In this document: in pieces, positions 1 to 14,616 of the stretch | How the letters are laid out: every line of letters starts with the position of its first letter | Numbering within the stretch: the first letter of the stretch is position 1 | Assembly: GCA_001949185.1 (NCBI GenBank) | Contig: BDGG01000001.1 | Location: 921,153 to 985,152 of the forward strand | Direction: 5' to 3' | From: Ramazzottius varieornatus | Lineage: Eukaryota; Animalia; Tardigrada | Length of the DNA stretch: 64,000 bases | Position numbers and translations under genes: made by a program | The notes under the pieces: generated by a model | The model's database searches: none | Told to the model about the DNA's origin: nothing | What the model saw: the letters and a program-made list of their open reading frames with translations, nothing else

Positions 1-1323
1 TTTATGTATAGCAGCGAACCATCGCTCACGGGCTTCGCTCGACGTGTGTAGACAGTGAAAAGTATGTCCCAGACTGACATTGGGACATTTCGTTAACCTA
101 GAGTTCACAAGGTTGTGATGTCAGCTAAAATGTAACACATACGCAAAGAAATACATCCGCTTGGATTGTCAAATGGGCAAACTTACAAGTCTGGATTAAG
201 AATGATTAGTGAAGATTGAGAGTACCGCTATGGCACGTTCATGGGTGTACAGTTCGAGTACCTCAACGTCATAAACTTAGAAAACCGAAGATAGCTACGT
301 CAAAGACGGACTCAGGAGGTTCGAGTTTCTAACTACTGTAAAAAGTTTCCGACGTTAGAATAATGTCGTACAGCCTTGCTTGGCGAAGCACCACCTGCTC
401 AAGGACACTCAGAGACTGCAGATATCGCAGACGGATGACCATCCATTGGTCCGAAACGAAGAATCTGCCAGTTCTCGTCCAGAAACCGCAGCAGGTGTAG
501 GCGGTGCACTTCGTTCGACAAAGCTGAAGAAGACCAGCGACAGGCTACTTATCGAAAAATGGACGATAGAAATCCAAGCACCAAGCCCGATGTTTCAGTT
601 TGTCACGTGCGACGAGTTATGATACGGTGAAAGTTCGCCAATAGCGCAGATCGTAGAGGCGAGAACAGCTGTATTCTTCCGTAGTGGCGGAAGACGACTG
701 GTTTCTGGAGAAATGCAAGCCGTTCAGCGAAATGCATACCAACCGTGCAGCGGAGAACTGTGCTCGTCGCCATGCTCGAGGACTGACCGAAGTAGAAACT
801 AGGCAGTTGACCAGAAAAGCGTGCAGTGGGTGGTGTGATCTGAGTCTCCTTTGGGCGTACTCACAATTTGCGTAAGGTGCTTGTTGTTTGATCAACCAAC
901 AACAACTCAAAGACAAGCGTTTTCGAGCTTGCTTCCGACATAATCGGCGGCCACATCAAACCTGAGGTGCTCGAAACTCGTTATCTAAATTCCCAAATTT
1001 CTGGAGGCCTTCTATGCTTTCAGGCCTTCACCAAACTTGGCTCTGGATTACGGTTTATGGACATACGGGACATGTAGTGAAGGTTGAAACTGTTATGAGA
1101 AGCAACAAGAATACGTGGAGAGAATCTAACAAACAACGGTCCGAGTCAGTGTTCATGTTGCACAGGGAGTCATTGCACTAGAGGAAGTCTTTAAACAAGG
1201 AGCATCAGTAGCAAAATTAGTGGCTGGAAGAAAGCCGTGGACGACAGCATCAAAGCTTATTTAGTAATTAGGTAAGGGATGGCTCGCTGATCGACCAGCA
1301 GTGAATCGGTGGTGTAGTCTACT

Positions 1324-2813
1324 CTACTCCCGATGAATCGGGCGAGCTTTGAACTTGATGATGAGCAGCACAAGCGTCGTGGCCAGAGGATGTGACGTCG
1401 CAGCGAACTCCATCAACTTACCTTTCAGAAAGTGTTGCAGCGCAGCCTGATTACCCGGATCGAATCTACAGCCACACCGATCAGAGTTCAACTGGGCACC
1501 GTACCGAAGTCGAACATGCAGTACCATGTTCTCTTATTCATCATCCAGCCACGCTCCCTGCTTGGCGAAGTGGACTGCAGCCGGGTGGACGAAAGGCGCA
1601 TGGGGATGTCTTTGGTATGCCACAACTTGTGCATCCCTCATCGACTTGTCGTCTGCGGCCGAAAGTACGTACGACAGTTTGTCTCTAAATCTGACCCAGG
1701 CCGGTATTTCCACCGAACCCAGTACAAAGACCTCTTCTGAAGTCGTCCCCAGGGTGATGAGTTAGCCCACCGGTAGAGCTAGTTCGCATTGGTAGAGGAT
1801 CGTCTCGAAGCCAGTTCGGCATACTATCGTATACAGGAAGACTCTTGCGCTGACCTCGGTTTTTGCGTAGATAACTTTGTTGATCAGGACGGAACGTCCA
1901 GACGTGGCCTCCTTACGCTGGTAGGCCATCCACATGGTCTGGATCTGTTCCGGCGAGCAGAGAGAAGATCGAGCAACTGGCGTCTTCTCGCGGAACAACA
2001 GCAACGTGGTAGCGCTCTTCGTAAACTTCCACAGTGCGTGCTTGAAAATGAAACGAGCTATCGACCCACTGTTCCTTCGGGATGTCATCGAGACAAATGG
2101 CTATCTCCTTTAGAAACGGCGCAGATGGTCGCAAAATCCCCGTCAGCCACTCTTTGCTCACTCTGAAGAACAGAAAGAAAAGATACGTTTGAAACTTGGC
2201 TCAAATCGATCGTCGCGCCAAACTTGCGGAGTTTGCAGTGAGCATTGCATCTAGTGCTTACCGAAGCCTGACCAAGAGTTTTAAATAGTCCACACAGCAC
2301 AACACTTCGTCCAGTAGGACTTGACGGTCGGCGATGTCCTGGAAGCTTGCTGAAGCTACCGTAGCAAGTTGCTCGTCCATCTGCCGACATTCAGCCAGTC
2401 CGGGCGGTGGAACAACAGCGTCTCCAGACATGATCAGCGCTTTCCAACTTGCGCTGCGAGCTCCTCCATTGCCCAAAACTTGTGAGGAGCGGGCTTCTTT
2501 CCAACAAGCAGGCAATGTGATGCACTCACAGATTGTCGACTACTGCGTAAACGTATTTACAACCAGACATCGGAACCGCGTAATACACATGTATCCTAGA
2601 ACCAGAGCTGGCTCCAGCGTTTACCGTGCATACTGGAGAGCAGCCGCTGTGCTTGAACTCGAAGAGTACAACAATTCTATCAACAACAAGAACAGTCTGG
2701 TATGTACCTAGCTCAGCTCGGTAGGTGGCAAGAAAAAAACGGTATGCGAGGGAATGCAAGATTGAGTAGTCTGGCTGATAAGCGGTCAAGTCTATGAAGC
2801 ATGTTTCTTTCAT
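1324..2813 (-). pseudogene. F-box-like protein pseudogene (paralogue of 3057-4527)
   Basis: Splicing the GTAAG...CAG intron (~2164-2262) gives FQDIADRQVLLDEVLCCVDYLKLLVRLR|VSKEW, an F-box-like motif. Downstream peptides (LINKVIY...GFETILY...LALPVG, HPAAVHFA, RFDPGNQAALQHFL) align with the neighbouring copy. There is a frameshift near 2060 and in-frame TAA codons at 1762-1764 and 1534-1536. Confidence 0.7.
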
Positions 2814-3056
2814 GGATATTCTTGAACCTTAAGTCCTCGGAATTCTAGCCAGATCTACATGATTCCATTTTTGGCATCTCTGGTACCCTTTCGAGCCATC
2901 TCTTAGACACCGTTATATAAGGTTGATATCGGTCCTTGGAGAACAAAATAAAAGATAACGTGGGACCACAGTGACCAATCGAGATACTATATAAGTATGG
3001 TAACAATCAAAACAGCAGATTGTAGGTACGTATCTTTCGGCGGTCCAAGAGCTGGC

Positions 3057-4527
3057 TCAGATTCCGTCTCCGAGAAAAGCTGGCAAGTTCCATTCAGCGA
3101 CAAGTTTCTGCTTGAGGATGTACTGGAACAGTGTAGTAACAAGCGGATTTACTTTGGCTGCGAAGGTCCGAACATCGCCATCCAGAAAGTCGTCCAGTGC
3201 CGACAGCTGGTCAGGGTCGAACCTATGTACATGCCAACTTAGCTGCTGGATTCTTTCTAGTAATGCAAAGAAACAATTCTGGCTGGTCGAATCTGAGCCT
3301 TACTGCTGAAGGAGTCGTTCAACCCAGGGCGTGTACAGTTGCTTGTCAGGCGTGCCAAGGAAATCGGCGACCAGCCGGTCCACATCAACCGCCACGGCAG
3401 TTTTCATGATCATGGCAAAATAGACGGCAGTTGGGTTGGGAAGACCGCCGTACTTCATGGATGAAACATCCTCTTCCGTCAGTAAGTATCTTTTCCTGTT
3501 GCTGATTTCCATGTGGAGAGGTGGACCTCCACTGGGGAACCAGCAGTCGCGCTGACCACCGGTAGCGTCACTGCGCGTCAAGAGTTCTCCCACGTCGAGT
3601 GCTATGGTACTCCGATACACCACTATTTCGAAGCCATCTCTGCGCATGGCTGCGCAGTGGAAATCGTTGGAGCAGACGACAGTATTGCCGTAGATGACCT
3701 TCTCGATCAGCTGCGTCCGTCTGTCGGAGCGCACTTGGGCGTCGTACGCACCCCAGATGTACATGACTTGACCACCGGAGAACTTTCGTGGCTTACCAGG
3801 ATCCTGGAACACGACGACCGTGTGGGCTTGCCGTGCATAGTGCCAAAAGTTACGCTGGTTCATGACATGGCCATAGTGGTACATTTTGTGGAGAGGGAAG
3901 GATCCGAATGCGATGGCCACTTGGCGGTTCCAGGGTGCCAACTCCCGAGAAATCTCCCTATGCCAGTTTCTGCATACCCTGGAAATTCGACTCAAAAAGA
4001 CATTGTACAAGAACCTGAAGGCTGTCTAATGTCTGTTTTTAAGGCTGGAACTGATCACAGGCTCAAACGACGATAGTTACTATGTTCTGAATACACTTCC
4101 AGCTAGCCGTGACGCATGACGACATGGCGCAGGCGTTACTCTCAACCCGACCGCTGTGACGTCTTGCGCAGCGAGACGAGACAACAATGGACGTCAGTTG
4201 GTGGTACTGTACGAGTACCTGACAGCCTTTGGCCAGCACACTAAAACTTCCAGTGAATGGGCCTTACCGTCGCAGGATCAGCAGTCTCAGGAATTCCGCA
4301 CAGTTGAATATTTCCTCCAGAAGATTGTTGTCGATATGCTGGAAACCAGCCGAAGCTACGTCGGCCAACTGCCTGTCCACTTCAACCACTTGAGCTGCCA
4401 TGGGTCCAGCCAAAAGCTCTGGCAAAGCCTCCTCCGTGATCGGGTTCCGCGGATGGGCGTCTTCCTTCTCTACTAAGGACGTTTTCCTAGCCAGATGCCG
4501 GAGAAAGTAAGACATCCACATGTGCAA
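3057..4527 (-). pseudogene. F-box-like protein gene with an internal TAA (probable pseudogene or truncated gene)
   Basis: The exon ending at 4267 (GTAAGG donor) joins the exon starting at ~3978 to give FQHIDNNLLEEIFNCAEFLRLLILRRVCRNWHREI, an F-box signature. The ORF runs to TAA at 3300-3302, but the same frame continues ~80 codons (RFDPDQLSALDDFLDG...NPLVTTL) homologous to the other copy, ending at TGA 3057. Confidence 0.65.
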
Positions 4528-4883
4528 CGTTGTAAGTCGTTAACTTTTCGATAAATGGAGGAAAATGGTAAGTCAGAACTGTTTTCGAGACTCGAAGTTC
4601 TGCCTGTTATGATTTCGAAAATCGATCTGGTCAGTTGGCCGAGTCAGAGAGACATTTTGCTACGGTGATTTGACTATGTTCCAAACCGCATGTGGTGACG
4701 TCATCTCCAACCACGGTAAGTGAATTGATTGAAACGCGGTGAGTTGCTTGATTGGCCTTCTCTTTTCTTAAGGACTTCTGAGTTCTGACTTCCCCAATAT
4801 TTTCCAGAGATACTCTTCATACTAGCAGTCTTACTCCGATAGGAGCTCCTTTCCTGTACAGTTGTCTATTTCAGAGTATCAAG

Positions 4884-6592
4884 ATGAGCTGGTCAGGCAA
4901 CTCTTTGCCTCGCTACGGTCCCAGCGGAAGCCACAGTCCATCCTACGAAGCCTCACGTCACCACCCCACTTCGCCGACGCAGCCAGCTCGTTTACCCGCT
5001 CATCGTTCCCCCAGCGCCGTTCCCGAGAACAGTCAGCCGGTCACCGGACCTGCATCATGCAGACTGGACGATAGTACCATGAAGTCTTTCCGGATATCCC
5101 GGACGCTGCAGGAAACCAAAGGCATCGTCAACAGCGTGGATTTCTCACCGACTGGTGAACATGTCTTGACAGCCACCGATGACGAATCTATCGTCGTCTA
5201 TGAATGCCTCTCCGTCGACAAGTAGGTCTCAACATTTTCCTCCTATTAATCCAAGATTGACTGGCCTTGAATTTTCCTGCAGGCCAAAAGTCCATCGACT
5301 ATGCAACAGCAAGAAATATGGAGTGGACAACGCAATCTACACGCACTCCACCATCGCCGCGCTTCATAGCTCCACTAAAGTCGACGATAACATCCGCTAC
5401 CTCAATCTTCAGGAGAATAAATATATCTCCGTGTTCAGTGGCCACACCAAGAGGTAGGCAGGATTTCCCCGTGATCGAGGAGAAGATTTTCGAGTATTTT
5501 CGACCTCGGATTTTCACGTCGAATCAATCAAGCGTTTAGCTGGTAGCAAATCAATCATACGGGCACCGTCGATACGGAAGAACCGATGCTTCTCGAAGAA
5601 AGCCTGTTTTCTGTCTTGTAGGGTAACGGAACTTCATCAATCACCAGTAGACGATCAGTTTTTATCGGCCAGTGTCGACAGGACCATTAGGCTATGGGAT
5701 CATCGTGCAGGATGTACCGGAATGCTGACTAATCTGGATACGACCCCGATACTCACCATCGACCCGGAAGGCCTCATTTTCGCAGCTGGACACTGCACTA
5801 CCCGTGAAAACCGGATAATGCTTTACGATATCCGAAACTACCAGAAGGTAAGGGCATTTTTTTCGACTAGGACCATTTCGCGACAAACGTGATTCGAATG
5901 ATATTTCGCGTTATGATATTTCAGGGCTCTTTCTCGACGTTCCGGTATCCAGAGGAGTCTGATGCTGACTGGTGCGTGAAGTTTTCTCCCAGGTTTCTCG
6001 ATGACTGACTTGTCGATACCAGACACAACGACATGTTGTTAGATGATCCCTGACCTCGTGCCTTGATTCTAGGTGTGGAATGGAAGTTAGTCCTGACGGA
6101 AGATACCTCCTCGTCAACACCAACGGCTTCGTAGTGTACATTATGGATGCCTTCCAAGGCAGCTGCCGGTTTTGTTTTCGAGTAAGTAGTGTTTCTCTCC
6201 AGCTTGGAAGATACGTGGCAAGGCAATGGAATTTTCAGCACTCAAATCAACTAGAAAACTTTAGTTTAGTGTCTGAGTGAAATTGATATCGTGATTTTCA
6301 GGGGCACGCGAATCGGGGACAGTCGCTGAAAGCTTCCTTCACTCCCGATAGTCAATACGTCCTCATAGGTTCCACAGATGGTAAACTACACATTTGGAAC
6401 CTTCGGACAGGAAGGAACGTGGCCGTCCTGGCTCCGAAGCAGAAAGACCTCTTTCACAAGATCGTTAAGTTTCACCCAACCAACGCGCTCGCCGTCAGCG
6501 CCGGAAACAAGGTCTCATTCTGGCTTCCTTACATCGTCGACCAAGCAAATAGCAGTGGCTATTCGTCAAACCGGTCTCCGGGACAATGGTGA
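4884..6592 (+). CDS. WDR82: WD repeat protein 82 (Swd2; COMPASS/PNUTS-PP1 subunit), multi-exon
   Basis: Motifs SKKYGVD, HSSTKVDDNIRYLNLQENKYISVFSGH, SPVDDQFLSASVDRTIRLWD, DPEGLIFAAG and ASFTPDSQYVLIGSTDG across GT-AG introns. Stop TGA at 6590-6592. Confidence 0.93.
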
Positions 6593-6862
6593 CTGTGAAA
6601 GAAGTCCAAATCACACGGTTGTTTGAGTTTCGGGCGTCTCATCCTTCCTCGTGGGACAAACTGGTGTTGTTTTCGGTTATGGCATGCGATAGAGCGTAAT
6701 TTGGTACGCCTTGTGTGGTCAGTGAAACGGACTGGTTGAATCGAATGGCTCCGCATTGCGTTGACAGTATTATGAACTTGTTGGGAATGAATTTCTTGCC
6801 GTATCTGGTTTTGGAAAATTACTGACTTAAACCGATAACAAACAGCCGATAATACGGGTTCT

Positions 6863-7916
6863 TTATTGTCCAAGAAAAAACCGATAAAGGTCGATTTCAA
6901 CAGAACCTGGTAGATGACTTCCGGCAATGTCAGCTCGATCAGCATCGAAAGACTCTAAATCTAGCTTCTTAGCTGTCATGTTCCACTTATTCAGCAGGAA
7001 ATGCAAGCTCCATTTCTCGTCTCTTATTTGATAAGCAGAAAGACAGACAGCATTTGGGTGACGTTCGAGTAAAAATCTAATTGTAAACACGACGTCCTCG
7101 AAGTGGGAAGGTTCGTAAAAGACGTCGCTAAGGAGGATGAAGTCGAGGTCTTGCAGCTGCGCCAGCTCGTGGGTTACTTGGCCCCAGATCACGCCGATGG
7201 TCCTCACGGAAACCTCGTTGTTTTCCGCTTGGAATTTGCAACGCTGAATTGCGGAAGGATTCATCGCGTATTCGGAGAGGATGACGGAAGCGCCGAGCTT
7301 TGCTGCGAGAATACCTGGCACGGAAGTTCCTGCGAATACAACAGCGATAAGATGACGTGACATGAGACACATGTTGCCGCAGATGTACGGTACTGTCATA
7401 CCTATCAACAGCCCGATAAAGTCGCGCCCGACGTTTATAGATAACCGGGATAACGAATGCAAATTGTGACGTCACACGCGGTAAGAACGAGCACGGATGG
7501 ATCCATCATCAGACTATCTTGCTTCGATTCCTTCGGTTTGACGTGCTAGATCTGCGGTGTTCTGAGAGGGACTTACCCGAACTAACTTCCAGAACGGTTC
7601 TGCCGATGAAATTTTCCTGATGGAACCAGATGTACTGCGCCATGACAGCCGAACTGGGCCAAGTGTAGCAGGAGTAGTCGACGTCAATTTCTTCGCTGAC
7701 GACCACCTCCACCGATTCCCCTTCTGCGCTTTCAGCTGGAGATCTAGTGCCCGGCCTGGAGAGCAGCTGGAAACTGTGGACAGTAGAGTCCGCGGCAGGG
7801 TTCGGAAATGTTTCGCCGGCGAAACAGAACTTCCGCTCGAATGTTTTGCGAGAAGACGAAAAGATGGTCGGTTCCGAAGTTGGTAACGACTCTGATGAAC
7901 GGCGTCGTTTGGACAT
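6863..7916 (-). CDS. METTL23: Methyltransferase-like 23 (family 16 seven-beta-strand protein methyltransferase); exons 7916-7577 and 7329-6863
   Basis: YTWPSSAVMAQYIWFH, VLEVSSG|TSVPGILAAKLGASVILS and DFILLSDVFYEPSHFEDV match METTL23 motifs. Confidence 0.88.
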
Positions 7917-8463
7917 CTTCGTCCACTAAGTTTGCCAAAGTCTCGATGTTTCCGAAACAGTTTCTGTGAAACATCAGGAAGGCGAGCGAGTTTTGATTGC
8001 CGAGTTCGGTACAGAAAATAAAAGAAAATGCCCTAAACAGAAGGACTGAATCAGTGAATCGGGATAACCCACAAGTTTATTATGGTTGTACTGTGTTCTC
8101 GGCGTAAATTTTAAACGTATACACAAGAGAAGGGATGGCCGAGTGTATTCACAGCAATCACCAAACAACTTGTGTTTACAAATGTTCCACGTACGCAGAA
8201 GGTCAATCCCCTTTTATGTCTTGCTTTTTAGAAAATCAAGCAGCAGCTTAATGGTTAGCCACAATGTGTCTACCTGGTCAAGCACAGAAAACAAACTCGT
8301 AATTTTCCGAGGAAAAGTCACTCACCTCACTCCCTATTTGAGACTTCCGCGGTTGGTGTCTCCCACGATCTCTGCAAGTTCGTAAACACTTTGATCACTT
8401 TGGCCCACCCCGGAGTTACTCTTGTCAGACAGTTGAAACGTTGCATACAGTCCAGATTGAGGG

Positions 8464-9723
<1,260 letters not shown>

Positions 9724-9804
9724 ACTTTTGCAGAATATTTGCAAGATGATTTATCACCATCTTTCTTATGTTTTATTTTTCTCGTAAAGGGATAGCAAAG
9801 ACTG

Positions 9805-10005
9805 GGAACTCGGCAAAAAACTCGAAAAGATCTGTCTTCCCAAGTGGTACCCTTTCCCAGTGTTACTGGCTGAATGCGGGCGCCCCTTGGAAAATTGAAC
9901 TTGTCCAGTCTGATTATTTTCCCAAGTGACGCATGTTCCCAAGGTTGTTGGCTGAAAGCATGCGCCACTCGAAAACGCCATCTTGTACGGTATAGATTTT
10001 CCGCT
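9805..10005. repeat. Fold-back repeat family member (two N25 palindromic units) between the convergent YIPF5 and Kekkon-like 3' ends
   Basis: AAGTGGTACCC-N25-GGGCGCCCCTT at 9842-9888 and AAGTGACGCAT-N25-ATGCGCCACTC at 9924-9970; outer motif CGGCAAAAAACTCGAAAAGAT. Confidence 0.8.
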
Positions 10006-10115
10006 AGTGCAGCAGGTGTTGCTGTTGCTGTACACAGGACACCAGAGGATGTATAAACCTTTCTTTATTGATAACCAGTCAATATCTTTTGGGAAAAACT
10101 GAGAGGAAAAAACAT

Positions 10116-12126
10116 TTAGACTTCAGTGCCAAGATATGGATCATAACCAGAGACAAAATTAACTTTAAGCTGTTGGTGCGAAGGTGCCGGCGATCTTCTC
10201 AGCGAAGATCTGGGTGGACACGGCGCTGCACTTGATAAACTGGGCGAGAATCTGACATTTCTGGGACTTTTGACAGTTACGGCATTGACATTGACAGGCA
10301 TATGTGTAATCGAAGAAGCATCGGAATCGGGGAAAATGTCTTGTGGTGTACAGCTGCTGTCGTTGCGCAGACTGTCGCTGCCTTCAGAGCCATGCTGGAT
10401 ACCCGAATCCTTATCTTCCTCGTTAGTGCTGCCGTCGGATGATGTTTCGTTTTCTTGCGTGAACGTGGGTGCTAACTTGTCGTTCAAAAGTCGCGTTGCT
10501 TCCTGGCTAATTGGATGTGGCTGGAGGAGGGAACTGGAGTTGGACAAGGTTGCGTCGGATGACTTGAAGTAAGTCACTCCGTGGAACTTGTCCGACTTGA
10601 GCGAAGCCTTCTCATCAGGCAAACTCTTGCGAATCTTTTCCCTCCATATCTTACACAAAGGAAAGGGTCGCTTGTTCCGATATCGACAACAGTACAATAC
10701 CATAAAGGAAACGAAGCTCAGAAACACCAGCAATGCCACCAAGAGAATTACAACCTCCACAATCGACAGAATCGCCTCCGATCGGAACAAGGCGATTTCT
10801 GTCGTCACATTCCCCACCCAGTTCTTTGCCAGACACTGATAATATCCGCCGTCAGCTTCCGAAGCATTTCGTACCACCAGTACATGGACAAAGTGCGAAG
10901 ACAGATTGCGCATCATGACTTCGTACTTCTTGTTGAAATACTCGATGGTAGACTGGTTGATGGGACTTCGGTCTCGATACCAAGTGACATTGGGTACTGG
11001 GTCGCCGAAGACGCCGCACTCGACACTGATGTTTCTTCCGGGAAGAATATCGAAGGCTTCCATTGATACGATCTCCGGTGCACAAGCGAACTTGGTGACC
11101 GGGAAGGAGTTCCATGGGATGTTGTGGTATTCCAAGGGCGTGGCGCAACTTGGTTCGAAACCGCTGCCCACTTTGCGCTCCTTCATCCATTGCTGCACGT
11201 CGCGCACTCGACAGTCGCAGTTCCAGGGGTTGTTGTGCAGGTCCAGCTGTTGAAGAGACTTGAGGGGGTGTAAGGAAGACGGCTGGAGTTTTCGAAGGGC
11301 GTTTCCGTTGAGTTGCAGTGAGCGAAGTCGCTCAAGGCCGCGATATGCCTCAGTGTCGATGTGAGCGACTTGGGAATGCTGGAGATCGAGCGTTTCGAGC
11401 TGCGACAATGGACCTAGAGACATTCTACGGTTAAGTCGAACCAGATTGTTTGACTTTAATTTGCGGAAGAAAAATGTCTCAGTCTGATCGAGTTGAGGAT
11501 CGTCTAGCGTTTGGAAATTATGCAGTTTCATGCGGTTGACTGATGGCGATTGCTTCAACAATTTTTTTTTGCGATCGAAATCACATTTTTTCTGACGGAT
11601 TAACACAAAAATTTTCGTCTCACAGTTAGAACGTACTGAATGAAAAAGCGGGGAGAGATGGTAAAGTGTTGTGCTTCAACGACAACACGCGAAGTGAGTA
11701 AATGGGTTCGAAGATGGCCGGGTTGAGCATCGTGAACGTGTTTGTGTCCAAATTGAGTTCGCGTAGGTTAGACATTGCCGAAAACGCCAAGGACGAAATA
11801 TCCGACAGCGAACAGTGAGATAAGTCCAGCTTGAGGAGATGGGCCAGGTTAGCCTGTGCGAACGTAGCGTTGGGCAGGGAACGGAGTGGGTTGCCGCTGA
11901 GATCGAGTACCACAATACTGGATGGTATGTTGGGCGGGATGGTCGTCAAGTTGCGGCGACTGCAGTCGGCAGTCTGTAGACCATTGCGCCAGGAACATCG
12001 GCATGTGGATGGGCATGAGGTTGAGGAAGACGATGCGGCCAGGTTTGCAGAAAGAGAAGCAGCGAAGGCTTCCCGACCAAAGGAGGAAAGGATCATGAGA
12101 ACGGGGATGGCGATTGTAAAATCCAT
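10116..12126 (-). CDS. Kekkon-like LRR + Ig single-pass receptor (Kek5-like); exons 12126-11637 and 11413-10116
   Basis: Signal peptide, LRRNT CPSTCRCSWRNG, LRRs, LRRCT NPWNCDC, Ig domain (C...W...DGGYYQC), TM helix and a C-terminal PDZ-type motif GTEV. A splice acceptor just 5' of the ATG implies a 5'UTR intron. Confidence 0.85.
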
Positions 12127-14584
12127 TGTGGCAAACCTACAAGGATAAAAATTGTATAGCTTCGGAACGTCTTGTACCTACTTTACTAACAGAGCTGCAT
12201 ATACAGTAACAGTGTAAAAAATTGGCACGGATATTTCGTCAGATCTGTACGTAGAAGATCCAATGTGGAAAACGAAATTTAGTTCACACAGGTGTGGCAT
12301 TAGAAATTTGGATCATAGTAATATTAGAGGAGCATTCCACATTTTTTTAGAAGGGTGACTGAGTTTTTGTGGATGTTTTGAAATTACGGACGTCAGCGAT
12401 CAAAATGGAAGTACATATTTGACAGTTTAAAGGGATGGGTTCTCAGATGATCACGACAGTCTCCTTTTTTATTGCGGTGGACAGAGGGAGGAAAGTGGGT
12501 CGTTCAGTGTCATCACGACATAAAAAATCACTCTGTCAAAAGGGCTTCAGAGTGGATGACGTAAAGAAGAGTGGGCGATTCAAAAAGGGAGAATAAACGA
12601 TCTTGTTATCCATAATTTCAAGTAAGACTTCCCTTTTTGAATCGGGAAGAATAGTTGAGAGATGTCTTCAATATTTGCAGAAGATTACACACTGACACTG
12701 GTACGGTCCAGTTGAGTGGATCGCGACCATGTTTCTTGCAAATGGTGTGAAAGATGTTGAGAAAGCCATTTCTTTTGCCTGCATGGCTGAGCGAACAAAT
12801 GCGCCGCTGAATGCGGCACTGATGATGGCAAATGCAATCGGTTACACAAGGCCGCGTTTTGTGCATGACCACCGGCCCAAATGCCCGTATTGATTTGCCC
12901 TTTTGTGTCCGCGCGCCCAACACTGCCGCGCTTCTTTATGTCAAAAGCAAAAGCCAAGTTTACAATCTCCTTTACGGCGGTAGCACTTTGCCAAAATTAT
13001 CGGAGTAAACATGGGAAAACTTGTGTCGAAAGAAACAGGCCTTCGTCTATTGTGCCGGCTTTTTCCAGAGTCACTTCTTTTGAAGTCAGTTTCTCTCAAA
13101 TAGCTCCCTAAATATACCAAGTGCCGAACTTTGTCGAAGTTTTATAAAATATTTGAAAAACTCGCGTGTTAAAATCCAAGTTTGAAACTTCCGAGTACCG
13201 ATTCCTAATTCAGGGTTTCTCTGATTGGGATGCTGTTCGACACAACGAATGTACTCATTAATGGCGTCATTAGGCAACTAAACCATTGATTAGTGATTAC
13301 TGCCCTGATTGACATATTGATGCTCGTAAATCATCTTCTCCAAACTCTTAGCTCACCTTGCGCAACAATGATCCGGAAAAAAATAGTCCCCGGTTTCCGT
13401 CGATTTTATTCCGGCAAAATTGCAAGCATTATATCGATGAACGTCAAGACGTACTTTGTCGACCTTCTACGCCCAGTTCTTGCGATGTATATCAGTACCG
13501 GTGGCAACAACAGCCGAATACATAATTTCACTTAGGAGATTACTATTGCTAATATCAGATATGAGCAGCGCGCAGCAAAAGACTATTCCTTCCAGGCGAT
13601 TACACCGAAAGCCAGATTCCGAGGTGCACTTTACGATCTGTGAAAGCAGCCGAGATAGACAACTGGAAAAGACGCTCAAGCAAGTATAATTTTCGCCCAA
13701 GACTAAAAGAAAAGTTAAGCCCACTTCGATCTTCTCATCATCGGTGCGGGGCTTAGCGGGACTGAAACTTGACTGACGAGTCGCCAGGGCTCTTCTTTTG
13801 TGGACGTAAGTATTTAGCTGCATTAGTGCTAGGGCTTGATACGTTCGATCAAGCTTTACATGCAAGGCAAGCAAGTACAGTAGTGTAGTCCGCCTTCGGA
13901 GGTTGATCGCATCATCAGGAAGGAGGCGTGCCGCCGCCATCGTTCGCCGCATTAATAACACAGGCTGTACAGGCTGGTAATTGCACAGGCCAGACATGGG
14001 GATAATTTGTAGCCGTAAAGCCCCGACGAATTTGCTCGGAAGATTGCTCAGTTCGGAGACAATAGACAGGGAAAATATTGGGAAAGTTGTGGAAACTGAA
14101 CGCGCGTCGTCTGCTCGCAATATGGCTGATATTTAGACTGGGAGTGGAAGGGCAAGGGAACAAGGAAATGGCAGATTGTGAGATGGTTATTAAAAGATAA
14201 GGCTGGGCCGTGTACTTAAAAATTATTATAGCTTGTAGTTTCGAAGAGAGACAGGTCGTCAAAATGGGAGATGTTCCGATGAGAAGCTCATCCTTGAGTG
14301 AGTTTTCGCATTGCACTCGTTTCTTTGAATGTCTCGTGCTGGTTTTCATTCTCAACAGGCCACAAATCGTTCAGGTCCTCCGACTTATACAGTAGTGTAC
14401 TGTTCACAAAAAGCTGGTCAAAATCTTGCATCGTGTTTTCATTGTTTTGTTTTCAGCTTTTTCCGCACGGTATTACTTTCCACTGGTCGCTTAAAGTGAA
14501 GCAAAGTTGGTCTGATGAATGGAGATTCTGCGCCTAAACCTACTCTAATTTTCTTGCTGATGACTCACATTCCTGGCGAGCAAC

Positions 14585-14616
14585 ATAATATTCCACTTTT
14601 GAAAGTGGAATATTAT
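14585..14616. repeat. Perfect 15-bp inverted repeat with a 2-nt loop
   Basis: ATAATATTCCACTTT-TG-AAAGTGGAATATTAT. Confidence 0.85.

Noticed and set aside
1-1300. Short plus-strand ORF fragments that look like a decayed gene
   Set aside because: No recognisable motif or homology within the window.
13467-14355. 217-aa and 146-aa minus-strand ORFs
   Set aside because: No motifs and no supporting splice structure; they lie in the presumed Kekkon upstream/intron region.
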